The notes beneath the pieces are model-generated. The model made no database searches. It was not told the DNA's origin and saw only the letters and a program-made list of their open reading frames with translations. A program made the translations under genes and the position numbers. Of a DNA stretch of 64,000 nt, positions 19,115-27,948 are shown one piece after another. The stretch's first letter is position 1. Every line of letters starts with the position of its first letter. This DNA comes from Escherichia phage T5_ev219: the sequence record NC_134263.1. One strand, 5' to 3'.

Positions 19115-19145
19115 ATTTATATAAATTAATGAGAGATATAAATAA

Positions 19146-20117
19146 ATGACTAATGTAAAAGAATTTATTAAACGCTGTCAAGAAGCATATTATCAGGGTA
19201 TGTCTTTAATCTCTGATGAGGAGTATGATTGCCTGGTAAAACGCTTCCCGTTAGAAGAAGAGATCGGGCCTAGGGGTGATATTCCACATCTGTATCGTAT
19301 GTATTCTTTACAGAAAGTTTACTATAACCGTGGAGATAAATCACCATTCAATCCTTTAGGTCAGGTGGAAACCGATAAGTTAGATGGTTGTGCAATTTCT
19401 CTGCTATATATTAATGGCGAATTTGTTCAAGCATTAACCCGTGGTAATGGTATTCTGGGGAATGATGTCACAAGCAACGTAAGATTGCTGAACATTCCTA
19501 AAAAGATTTCCCAAAAAGTACCTACTCAAATCACTGGTGAAGTTCTAATTACAAAAGAAGTAGAAAATAAACGTAACTTTGCCTCTGGTGCTATTAACCT
19601 CAAAGATAGTGATGCTTTCGTACAACGTATTGGAGAAGGTGGTTTAATCTTCGTTGCATACGGTATCCAGTGTTCTGCTGAATCTGTAGGTATTACAGAA
19701 GCATATTTAAAAGATATGCTTTGGCTGGAGAATGAGAACTTCTTAACAGTTGTTAATGTGCGTTCCTTCTTTAAATGGATTCCGACGGACGGTAAAGTTG
19801 TTCGTATTAATGACAACAACAAATTCTTCCGTGAAGGCTGGACTAATAAATTCCCTCGTGGAGCATTCGCCATTAAAGAGGATGAAGAAGGCGAGATTAC
19901 AACTCTTACTAAAGTTGAATGGCAGGTAGGGGCTTCTGGTAAAGTAACTCCAGTCGGTTATTTTGAACCAGTAATTATTGATGATGCTACAATTGTTAAA
20001 GCGACTCTTAATAACGTTGATTATATTAACTCTCTTGATCTAGAGATCGGTTGCCAGATTCGAGTGATTCGTGCTGGTGGTGTAATCCCGTGCATAGTAG
20101 AGCGAGTATACGATTAA
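19146..20117 (+). CDS. ligA: NAD-dependent DNA ligase, N-terminal subunit (adenylation + OB domains)
   Basis: KxDG adenylation motif (ETDKLDGCAIS); 323 aa. Confidence 0.8.
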   Translation: MTNVKEFIKRCQEAYYQGMSLISDEEYDCLVKRFPLEEEIGPRGDIPHLYRMYSLQKVYYNRGDKSPFNPLGQVETDKLDGCAISLLYINGEFVQALTRGNGILGNDVTSNVRLLNIPKKISQKVPTQITGEVLITKEVENKRNFASGAINLKDSDAFVQRIGEGGLIFVAYGIQCSAESVGITEAYLKDMLWLENENFLTVVNVRSFFKWIPTDGKVVRINDNNKFFREGWTNKFPRGAFAIKEDEEGEITTLTKVEWQVGASGKVTPVGYFEPVIIDDATIVKATLNNVDYINSLDLEIGCQIRVIRAGGVIPCIVERVYD

Positions 20118-20167
20118 TACATAACCCTTTGCTACCCATCTACCATATCGGAATTATAAAGTGGTTA

Positions 20168-20196
20168 TTGACATTTTCGCCGCTTAGGTATATACT
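20168..20196 (+). promoter_or_regulatory. sigma70-type promoter (TTGACA-17-TATACT) inside the ligase inter-ORF spacer
   Basis: Hexamers at 20168-20173 and 20191-20196. Confidence 0.5.
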
Positions 20197-20260
20197 ATTA
20201 TCATTCAGTTGAGGGATAGAAAGTTATGGCGAGGGTAAGCAAAGTTAGTTAAAATTGTAG

Positions 20261-20289
20261 TTGCTAAATGCTTAAATACTTGCTATAAT
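20261..20289 (+). promoter_or_regulatory. sigma70-type promoter (TTGCTA-17-TATAAT) preceding the second ligase ORF
   Basis: Hexamers at 20261-20266 and 20284-20289. Confidence 0.6.
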
Positions 20290-20319
20290 ATTTATATAAA
20301 TTGATAAGGAAGAAATTTG

Positions 20320-21099
20320 ATGAAAATCGAAATTCCAACACAATGTCCCTCTTGTGGTTCTAAGCTAGATCTTGTCAACGGACAATTATTCTGTCGTAAT
20401 AAGTCCAACTGTCCAGCGCAATCAAGTAAGTTAATTGAGAACTTCTGTTCAAAAATGAAGTTAAAGGGTTTTGGCCCAAAAACTATTGAGAAGCTGGAGC
20501 TGACGAAGATTTCAGAACTATTTTACCTAACCGAAGAAGATTTGGTTAGAGCCGTGGGTAGCAAGGTTGCCGCTAAGTTAATTAGCGAATTAAATACTAA
20601 AGTTCGCGGAGACATTGACTTTGGTTCAGTTCTCGGTTCTTTAGGAATCCCTCTAATCGGAGAGGTTGCAGCAAAGAAATTATCCCAAAATTGCACTAGC
20701 TTCCACGATGTGAAGGCTGACGGCAAGGCTGGAGAAAACTATAAAGCCTGGCTAAATTCCCCACAGGGCAAGGATGTTATCGAATTACCGTGGAAATTCA
20801 CAACTGGTATTAAAGGTGCTAAAGCTGAGGTCATCATCACTGATGGTCTAGTAGCCCAACCAAACGGAATAACGGTATGTATTACCGGATCTTTGCAAGA
20901 TTTTGCAAATAGAACGGATGCAACAAACTATTTAGAAGGTCTAGGATATACGGTTAAGAAATCCGTTACCAAAGACGTCAAATACCTAATCTGTGAGGAT
21001 GAATCTAAGCGTTCTTCCTCATCTTATAAGAAAGCCGAAACGAATGGGATAGAAATCCTGTCGATTAAAGAACTATTGGAGAAAAATAATAATGTCTAA
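20320..21099 (+). CDS. ligB: NAD-dependent DNA ligase, C-terminal subunit (Zn-finger, HhH, BRCT-like)
   Basis: Four-Cys zinc finger CPSCG...CRNKSNC; ORF track TTG 20317 adjusted to ATG 20320 with AAGGAAG RBS. Confidence 0.8.
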   Translation: MKIEIPTQCPSCGSKLDLVNGQLFCRNKSNCPAQSSKLIENFCSKMKLKGFGPKTIEKLELTKISELFYLTEEDLVRAVGSKVAAKLISELNTKVRGDIDFGSVLGSLGIPLIGEVAAKKLSQNCTSFHDVKADGKAGENYKAWLNSPQGKDVIELPWKFTTGIKGAKAEVIITDGLVAQPNGITVCITGSLQDFANRTDATNYLEGLGYTVKKSVTKDVKYLICEDESKRSSSSYKKAETNGIEILSIKELLEKNNNV

Positions 21100-21859
21100 A
21101 CTGAACTGGAACGTAGAAGGTGTAACCGAGTCTCTGAAAGCAAAAGCCACTGCTCTGGGTGTTGCTGTAATCTCTCAAGAACAAGTAGCGGCTATCGCTG
21201 CTGAACTGGCTGCTGAAACTGGCAAAGACGTTACCGCTCGCTCTGTTGGCTCTAAGCTGCGCAAAGAAGGTTTCGAAGTACAGAAAGCTAACGAAGTACA
21301 GAAATCCCCGTGGACTCCTGAGCAGGAAGCTGAACTGGTTGATTTCCTGAACGCTCATGCTGGTCAGTATACTTATGCTGAAATCGCTGCTGCTGTAGCT
21401 GGTGGTCAGTTTGGTGCTAAGCAGGTACAGGGTAAGATCCTGAGTCTGGAAATGACAGCATCTGTTAAGCCGACCGAAAAAGCTGCTGCTGTTCGTTCCT
21501 TCACTCCTGATGAAGAAACTGATTTTGTTAATCAGGTTGTTGCTGGTGCTACTATTGAAGCTATCGCTGCTCACTTCGGTCGTAATATCAAGCAGATCCG
21601 TGGTAAAGCTCTGAGTCTGCTTCGCGAAGGTCGTATCGCTGCTATGCCGGTACAGGAAACTTCAAGTGCTAAAACTCGTGAAGATCTGTTAGAAGGTCTG
21701 GATCTGGCTAACATGACTGTTGCTGAGATCGCTGAGAAAACTGGTAAGTCTGAGCGCGGTGTTAAATCTATGCTGTCTCGTCGTGGTCTGGTTGCTAAGG
21801 ACTATGATGGTGCCGCTAAGCGTGCTAAATTGGATGCAAAAGCTGCGGCTGCTGAATAA
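21092..21859 (+). CDS. DNA-binding protein built of four HTH repeats (sigma70 region-4-like); position suggests a D5-type early DNA-binding protein
   Basis: Four approx 40-aa repeats with T.EEIA..G.....IRGKAL.LLR pattern; strongly host-optimised codon usage. Confidence 0.55.
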   Translation: MSKLNWNVEGVTESLKAKATALGVAVISQEQVAAIAAELAAETGKDVTARSVGSKLRKEGFEVQKANEVQKSPWTPEQEAELVDFLNAHAGQYTYAEIAAAVAGGQFGAKQVQGKILSLEMTASVKPTEKAAAVRSFTPDEETDFVNQVVAGATIEAIAAHFGRNIKQIRGKALSLLREGRIAAMPVQETSSAKTREDLLEGLDLANMTVAEIAEKTGKSERGVKSMLSRRGLVAKDYDGAAKRAKLDAKAAAAE

Positions 21860-21876
21860 TCTGGTAAATTAAACCT

Positions 21877-21909
21877 AAGGGGAGGGGGCTATGCTCCTTC
21901 CCCTTTTTG
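21877..21909 (+). terminator. rho-independent terminator
   Basis: ggggagg...ccttcccc hairpin followed by TTTTT. Confidence 0.6.
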
Positions 21910-21941
21910 CATTTAGAAGGCACGAAAGCGTGCAAAGGAGA

Positions 21942-23414
21942 ATGACCTTGTTTAACGTGCAAGCTGTAGTGTTGAAGATGCTTCTAGCTTCAGAACAGAA
22001 GCAAATAGCATTGGAAACATTCTCAAAACTGCATAAAGATCATTTTAATGACGCTTTCTCCTCAATTTACCAAGCCGTCCAGAATTATTATAAAAAATAT
22101 AACACAATGCCGTCCATTGACGCACTGATGCTTGAGGCTAATAGGAACGCCCGCCTTTCTCAAGCTCTAGTCGTTTTAGCTAACACTCAAATTCCAGAAG
22201 TTAGCATGGAACAGGCACTTGAAGTCCTAGAGGCCGAGTATACACAGGATTTATTCCTGAAGCTTCTAGAAACAGACGTGCTTCAAGATTTAACAATGCT
22301 GGATCAGGGAGAAATTCTTAACCGAGTTGCCTCCCTTCACTTAAAATTAGAAGAGAAAGTAACGAATACTGGAAAAGTATTCAACGCAGATAACATGCGT
22401 ATTTTCCAGAGAGAAGAAGATACCAAACTGAACTTAATCGCTCTTGGTATTTGTAATGAGTTCGACGCTCAAATTGGTTTAGCTCGCACAGAAACGTTAC
22501 TGCTTGGTGGTTGGCGTGGTACTGGTAAATCCATTATCTGTTCAAACATACAGGTTCAGCAATATTTGAATGGAGATATTGCTCCATACTTCTCAATTGA
22601 GATGAAAGAACATGAAGTATTTAGACGTAATCTAGCCATGTTAGCTGGTGTATCAGCACTAGCAATGCGTAATAATACTCTAGAAGGTGCAGCTCTGTTG
22701 AGATTAGCCAGAACTAGAGCTAGGATGTTTAACGGTGGTGAAGAGCTTTTCGATAACTTCGTTAAACAGTACACAATGGCTAAGATGAGTGATTTCTACG
22801 ATATGGAAAGTAAGCTAATAGAAGGGTATGAACTACATACTCCTATGATTATTGTTTATGATCCTGAGCTGTCTATTACAACAGTTGACGTAGAATTAAA
22901 TAAATTAGTTGCTAGATATGGTGATAAAGTTACAGTAGCTTTACTTGACTATATTAACCAAACCCGACTTCCAGATTCTAAAACCATTGATATGTATGAC
23001 TGGAAAGAACAGATGGTTGTTAGCTCGTCTTTCAAATCTATCTGCCAGAAACATAACGTGGCTGGTGTAGCTCCTTACCAGATTGATCAAGATGGTAGAA
23101 CACGTATGTCAAAGGGGATTCTTGATTCCGCAGACATGGCTGCTAATCTTAATGCTGCAAAAGCTGATAATGGTCAAGGTGCTATTATGTTTGACTTCGT
23201 TAAGACTCGTTCTTCTGATAGTGTGAAGTTTATGCCTAAAATGAACTGGGAAACCCTACGGATGGATAACACTACCAACCTAGCAATGGAAGATATATCT
23301 CAAATGGAAGCTGAGTTCGTTATCCCTATTGAGAAGGATAAGCCGGCTCAATCTAAACGTGCTAAGAAAGACAAAGCTGAAAATTCAACAGGTGAACAGG
23401 CCAGCGATATATGA
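21942..23414 (+). CDS. DnaB-like replicative helicase
   Basis: Walker A GGWRGTGKS, RecA-like core; ORF track start 21891 lies inside the terminator hairpin, so ATG 21942 with AAGGAG RBS preferred. Confidence 0.7.
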   Translation: MTLFNVQAVVLKMLLASEQKQIALETFSKLHKDHFNDAFSSIYQAVQNYYKKYNTMPSIDALMLEANRNARLSQALVVLANTQIPEVSMEQALEVLEAEYTQDLFLKLLETDVLQDLTMLDQGEILNRVASLHLKLEEKVTNTGKVFNADNMRIFQREEDTKLNLIALGICNEFDAQIGLARTETLLLGGWRGTGKSIICSNIQVQQYLNGDIAPYFSIEMKEHEVFRRNLAMLAGVSALAMRNNTLEGAALLRLARTRARMFNGGEELFDNFVKQYTMAKMSDFYDMESKLIEGYELHTPMIIVYDPELSITTVDVELNKLVARYGDKVTVALLDYINQTRLPDSKTIDMYDWKEQMVVSSSFKSICQKHNVAGVAPYQIDQDGRTRMSKGILDSADMAANLNAAKADNGQGAIMFDFVKTRSSDSVKFMPKMNWETLRMDNTTNLAMEDISQMEAEFVIPIEKDKPAQSKRAKKDKAENSTGEQASDI

Positions 23415-23941
23415 TAACACAGGAACGACTAAAAGAACTGTTTGACTACTCCCCAGAGACTGGGGAGTTTACTAGAAAAGTATCTAGAGGCAATCAGAAA
23501 GCTGGTAGTATTGCGGGTACTCTAGATAGTGGATACATACGGATAAAGGTAGATAGAAAATTATACTTTGCACACCAACTAGCCTTCCTATATATGGAAG
23601 GATATATGCCAGAGGAAGTAGACCATATTAATCGAATTACTTGGGATAATAGATGGATTAATATTAGGCCATCCACCCGGCAAGAAAATAGCAGAAATAA
23701 AACAGCTAGAAGTAAATCTGGATACTTGGGAGTTTTCTGGTTTAAGCGGGATCACAAATGGCATGTAAGAGTAGTAAATTCTATGGGAGAAAAAGTTCAC
23801 GGTGGGCTCTTTAATTACGCAGATCTAAAGCTTGCAGTCACTAAAGCCAATGAACTACGTCTACAATTACATGGAGAAAATGCTGTTCAAGAGATCTTTG
23901 ATCCAACTAAGTATCCTTCACTGGAGGAGTTAAATTCATGA
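23411..23941 (+). CDS. HNH homing endonuclease (paralog of 810-1358)
   Basis: Colinear similarity with 810-1358 protein (FT.KVSRG...AH.LAFLYM...DH.NRI..DNRWINIR); sits between helicase and primase. Confidence 0.7.
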   Translation: MITQERLKELFDYSPETGEFTRKVSRGNQKAGSIAGTLDSGYIRIKVDRKLYFAHQLAFLYMEGYMPEEVDHINRITWDNRWINIRPSTRQENSRNKTARSKSGYLGVFWFKRDHKWHVRVVNSMGEKVHGGLFNYADLKLAVTKANELRLQLHGENAVQEIFDPTKYPSLEELNS

Positions 23942-24828
23942 GTAGAATAACAGAATTACTTGATCTTAAGGGAATTGAGTATAAAGATACTGGTGGAGAT
24001 ATTTTAATCTGTTGCTTAAATCCAGATCATGACGATAAACACCCAAGTTTGCGTATTGACCCTGAAACAGGTATTATGCACTGCTTGAGTTGTGGCTTCG
24101 GTAAAGGTATACCGAGCATTTACCATTATTTTAATGAGACTCAGTACCGACAGTCCCCAAGGCTATCGCAAGTACGTAAAAAGATTTCAGAGATTAGGAA
24201 TGGATCAACGAATCTTGCAATTCCTGAATCTGCTTGCCTTTTCGAAGGTGATTTCCGAGGTATAAGTTCTAAGACCTTGAAGAAATATTTTGCTTTCCAA
24301 CACCAAGCAGACTGGGAAGGCAGAATTGTATTCCCAATCACAGATGCTGTTGGACGCAATATCCTATTTTTGGGTCGTTCTATAAACAGTTCTGCCCCTC
24401 CTAAATACTTAGTAAAACCAAAACAAGTTTCACCGCCAATTTTTCCTGTACGATATAATACTCCAGTTCTTATTCTAGTTGAAGGCATCTTTGATATGCT
24501 GAACCTAGAGGATAATGGTATAGACTATACTTCTTGCTGCTTTGGTACACACCAGTTTACTTCGGATAACATTGCAGATAAGTTCAGTCCTTATATTATT
24601 GCCGGTGTAAAAGTTGTTGTTATCTTACTAGATAATGATGCTTCTGGTAATAAAGCTGCCCAGGCGCTAGCAAAATTAATTAGTACAAAAACGCGTTTAA
24701 CACCTGTAGTTGCTAACTTTCTTCTGCCTGAAGGTAAAGACCCTGGTGACTTAAATAAAGAAGAGATTGATATGTTAGCAAAACGTATTGAAATTTTAGT
24801 TGCTGAATCGCTTAAAGATTTGGTATAA
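23938..24828 (+). CDS. DNA primase (DnaG-like, Zn-finger + TOPRIM)
   Basis: Zn finger CLNPDHDDKHP...CLSCG; TOPRIM-like LVEG...DNDASG. Confidence 0.75.
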   Translation: MSRITELLDLKGIEYKDTGGDILICCLNPDHDDKHPSLRIDPETGIMHCLSCGFGKGIPSIYHYFNETQYRQSPRLSQVRKKISEIRNGSTNLAIPESACLFEGDFRGISSKTLKKYFAFQHQADWEGRIVFPITDAVGRNILFLGRSINSSAPPKYLVKPKQVSPPIFPVRYNTPVLILVEGIFDMLNLEDNGIDYTSCCFGTHQFTSDNIADKFSPYIIAGVKVVVILLDNDASGNKAAQALAKLISTKTRLTPVVANFLLPEGKDPGDLNKEEIDMLAKRIEILVAESLKDLV

Positions 24829-24829
24829 T
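24800..24829 (+). promoter_or_regulatory. sigma70-type promoter (TTGCTG-18-TATAAT) for the DNA polymerase gene
   Basis: Located in the 3' end of the primase gene; precedes a 9-bp stem leader hairpin. Confidence 0.5.
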
Positions 24830-24890
24830 ATATTGGTAAGTTAGAGAAGAAACACTGAAGTTATACTTACTTACCAAGAGGAGATTAAAT

Positions 24891-27458
24891 TTGAAAATCG
24901 CAGTAGTTGATAAAGCTCTAAATAACACTCGTTATGATAAACATTTCCAGCTATACGGCGAGGAAGTTGATGTATTCCATATGTGTAACGAGAAGTTATC
25001 CGGTCGTTTGCTCAAAAAGCATATTACTATCGGGACTCCGGAAAACCCATTTGACCCGAATGATTATGATTTTGTTATACTGGTAGGTGCCGAACCTTTT
25101 CTGTACTTCGCAGGTAAGAAAGGCATTGGTGACTATACTGGTAAACGCGTAGAGCATAATGGATATGCTAACTGGATTGCTAGTATCAGCCCAGCCCAGT
25201 TACACTTTAAGCCTGAAATGAAACCAGTTTTTGATGCAACAGTAGAGAGTATCCACGATATTATCAATGGTCGTGAGAAGGTTGCAAAAGCTGGTGATTA
25301 CCGTCCTATTACTGACCCTGACGAGGCGGAAGAATATATCAAGATGGTGTATAATATGGTTATCGGACCTGTCGCATTTGACTCCGAAACCTCAGCACTA
25401 TACTGTCGAGATGGTTATCTGCTTGGTGTTTCTATGTCTCACCAAGAGTATCAGGGTGTATATATCGATTCTGATTGTCTCACAGAAGTTGCAGTATATT
25501 ATCTCCAGAAAATTCTGGATAGTGAAAACCACACTATTGTTTTTCACAACTTGAAGTTTGATATGCACTTTTATAAGTACCATCTGGGACTTACTTTTGA
25601 TAAAGCACATAAAGAACGCAGGCTCCATGATACCATGTTGCAGCACTATGTTCTAGATGAACGTCGTGGTACTCATGGCTTGAAATCTCTAGCAATGAAG
25701 TATACCGATATGGGTGACTATGACTTCGAACTAGATAAGTTCAAAGATGATTACTGCAAAGCACATAAAATCAAGAAAGAAGATTTCACCTATGATTTAA
25801 TTCCGTTTGATATTATGTGGCCTTACGCTGCGAAAGATACAGATGCTACCATACGTTTACACAACTTCTTCTTACCAAAAATTGAGAAGAATGAAAAACT
25901 TTGTAGTCTGTACTATGATGTTTTGATGCCTGGTTGCGTATTCTTGCAACGTGTTGAGGATCGTGGAGTACCTATCTCTATTGATCGTTTGAAAGAAGCT
26001 CAGTATCAGTTAACTCATAACCTGAATAAAGCCCGTGAGAAACTGTATACTTATCCAGAAGTTAAACAGCTAGAACAAGATCAGAATGAAGCATTTAACC
26101 CGAACTCTGTTAAACAACTTCGTGTTCTTCTGTTCGATTATGTTGGTTTGACTCCAACTGGTAAGTTAACGGATACTGGTGCAGATTCTACAAACGCAGA
26201 AGCTCTGAATGAACTGGCTACGCAGCATCCAATTGCTAAAACTCTGCTAGAGATTCGTAAGCTGACTAAGCTAATCTCTACTTATGTTGAGAAGATTCTT
26301 CTGAGTATTGATGCGGATGGTTGCATTCGTACTGGTTTTCATGAACATATGACTACTTCTGGTCGTCTGAGTTCTTCTGGTAAACTGAACCTGCAACAGT
26401 TACCTCGTGATGAATCTATCATTAAGGGTTGTGTAGTTGCACCACCTGGATACCGTGTAATCGCATGGGACTTAACAACTGCGGAAGTTTATTATGCTGC
26501 TGTTCTATCTGGTGATAGAAATATGCAACAAGTATTTATCAACATGAGAAATGAACCTGATAAATACCCTGACTTCCACTCTAACATCGCCCACATGGTA
26601 TTTAAATTGCAATGTGAACCTCGTGATGTTAAGAAGCTGTTCCCAGCTCTACGTCAGGCAGCTAAGGCAATTACCTTTGGTATTTTGTATGGTTCTGGCC
26701 CGGCTAAAGTAGCACATTCTGTTAACGAAGCATTGCTCGAACAAGCATCCAAAACTGGTGAACCGTTTGTTGAATGTACTGTTGCAGATGCTAAAGAGTA
26801 CATTGAGACTTACTTTAGTCAATTCCCACAGCTTAAGCGTTGGATTGATAAGTGCCACGATCAGATCAAGAATCATGGATTTATCTATAGTCACTTTGGT
26901 CGCAAACGTCGTCTACATAATATCCACTCCGAGGACCGTGGCGTTCAGGGTGAAGAAATTCGTTCTGGATTTAACGCAATCATTCAGTCTGCTTCTTCTG
27001 ATAGTCTCCTTTTAGGTGCTGTAGATGCAGATAATGAGATCATTTCTCTTGGCCTAGAACAAGAGATGAAGATTGTTATGCTGGTTCATGACTCCGTAGT
27101 TGCTATTGTTCGTGAGGATTTGATCGACCAATACAATGAAATTCTGATTCGTAATATTCAGAAAGACCGTGGTATCAGTATTCCTGGCTGTCCAATTGGT
27201 ATTGATTCAGATTCTGAAGCTGGAGGTTCTCGTGACTATTCTTGTGGTAAGATGAAGAAACAGCACCCATCAATCGCTTGTATTGATGATGACGAATATA
27301 CTCGTTACGTTAAAGAAATGCTACTTGACGCAGAGTTCGAGTATAAGAAACTAGCTGCAATGGATAAAGAGCATCCAGATCATAGCAAATACAAGGATGA
27401 TAAGTTTATTGCTGTATGCAAAGATCTGGATAACGTGAAAAGGATTCTCGGTGCTTAA
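24891..27458 (+). CDS. DNA polymerase, family A with 3'-5' exonuclease domain
   Basis: 855 aa; exo motif FDSET; pol motifs RQAAKAITFGILYG and VHDS; TTG start with AAGAGGAG RBS. Confidence 0.95.
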   Translation: MKIAVVDKALNNTRYDKHFQLYGEEVDVFHMCNEKLSGRLLKKHITIGTPENPFDPNDYDFVILVGAEPFLYFAGKKGIGDYTGKRVEHNGYANWIASISPAQLHFKPEMKPVFDATVESIHDIINGREKVAKAGDYRPITDPDEAEEYIKMVYNMVIGPVAFDSETSALYCRDGYLLGVSMSHQEYQGVYIDSDCLTEVAVYYLQKILDSENHTIVFHNLKFDMHFYKYHLGLTFDKAHKERRLHDTMLQHYVLDERRGTHGLKSLAMKYTDMGDYDFELDKFKDDYCKAHKIKKEDFTYDLIPFDIMWPYAAKDTDATIRLHNFFLPKIEKNEKLCSLYYDVLMPGCVFLQRVEDRGVPISIDRLKEAQYQLTHNLNKAREKLYTYPEVKQLEQDQNEAFNPNSVKQLRVLLFDYVGLTPTGKLTDTGADSTNAEALNELATQHPIAKTLLEIRKLTKLISTYVEKILLSIDADGCIRTGFHEHMTTSGRLSSSGKLNLQQLPRDESIIKGCVVAPPGYRVIAWDLTTAEVYYAAVLSGDRNMQQVFINMRNEPDKYPDFHSNIAHMVFKLQCEPRDVKKLFPALRQAAKAITFGILYGSGPAKVAHSVNEALLEQASKTGEPFVECTVADAKEYIETYFSQFPQLKRWIDKCHDQIKNHGFIYSHFGRKRRLHNIHSEDRGVQGEEIRSGFNAIIQSASSDSLLLGAVDADNEIISLGLEQEMKIVMLVHDSVVAIVREDLIDQYNEILIRNIQKDRGISIPGCPIGIDSDSEAGGSRDYSCGKMKKQHPSIACIDDDEYTRYVKEMLLDAEFEYKKLAAMDKEHPDHSKYKDDKFIAVCKDLDNVKRILGA

Positions 27459-27948
27459 TTTCAAATTGCCCGTCTATGCGTTACGGGCGTTTGTATCAAT
27501 TGAGCAAGAAGGTGATTATTCCGTAATTACAACAAGATATAATAAATATGTGCTAGATAACAGGAAGTTGCCTGGCACGTTTTCTCAACGTAGGCTTATT
27601 CTATTTGAGAAACGGAAAGAATTACCATACAAGCTTTATCCTATTAGGGGTAGAATATCAATGTTGTCTCAATTAGTTGGGTCAAAGCGTAACCAATTTA
27701 TAGATTCTGATGGAAATCTTATTAATTGGAAGAAAACTACGTTCTATGATGTTGTCACCTCTAAAGTTTTGCATTCAGCTAGAATTTATAATGGAAAATA
27801 CCAATGCTATGTGGCTAAAGTTCCTTATCCATTTGTATTATCCTATGTTCCAGCTTATATAAGCTATATTCTGGTAAATAATAGCCCTGTTATTTATCAA
27901 GTCCATCAAGAGGAGCCTGAAATTCCTAGACTTAGAATAAAATTATGA
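27451..27948 (+). CDS. hypothetical protein
   Basis: ORF track; GTG start overlapping pol stop. Confidence 0.45.
   Translation: MLNFKLPVYALRAFVSIEQEGDYSVITTRYNKYVLDNRKLPGTFSQRRLILFEKRKELPYKLYPIRGRISMLSQLVGSKRNQFIDSDGNLINWKKTTFYDVVTSKVLHSARIYNGKYQCYVAKVPYPFVLSYVPAYISYILVNNSPVIYQVHQEEPEIPRLRIKL

Noticed and set aside
21891-21941. ORF-track start of the DnaB-like helicase at 21891
   Set aside because: This ATG sits inside the upstream terminator hairpin; ATG 21942 with a perfect AAGGAG RBS is the more plausible start.
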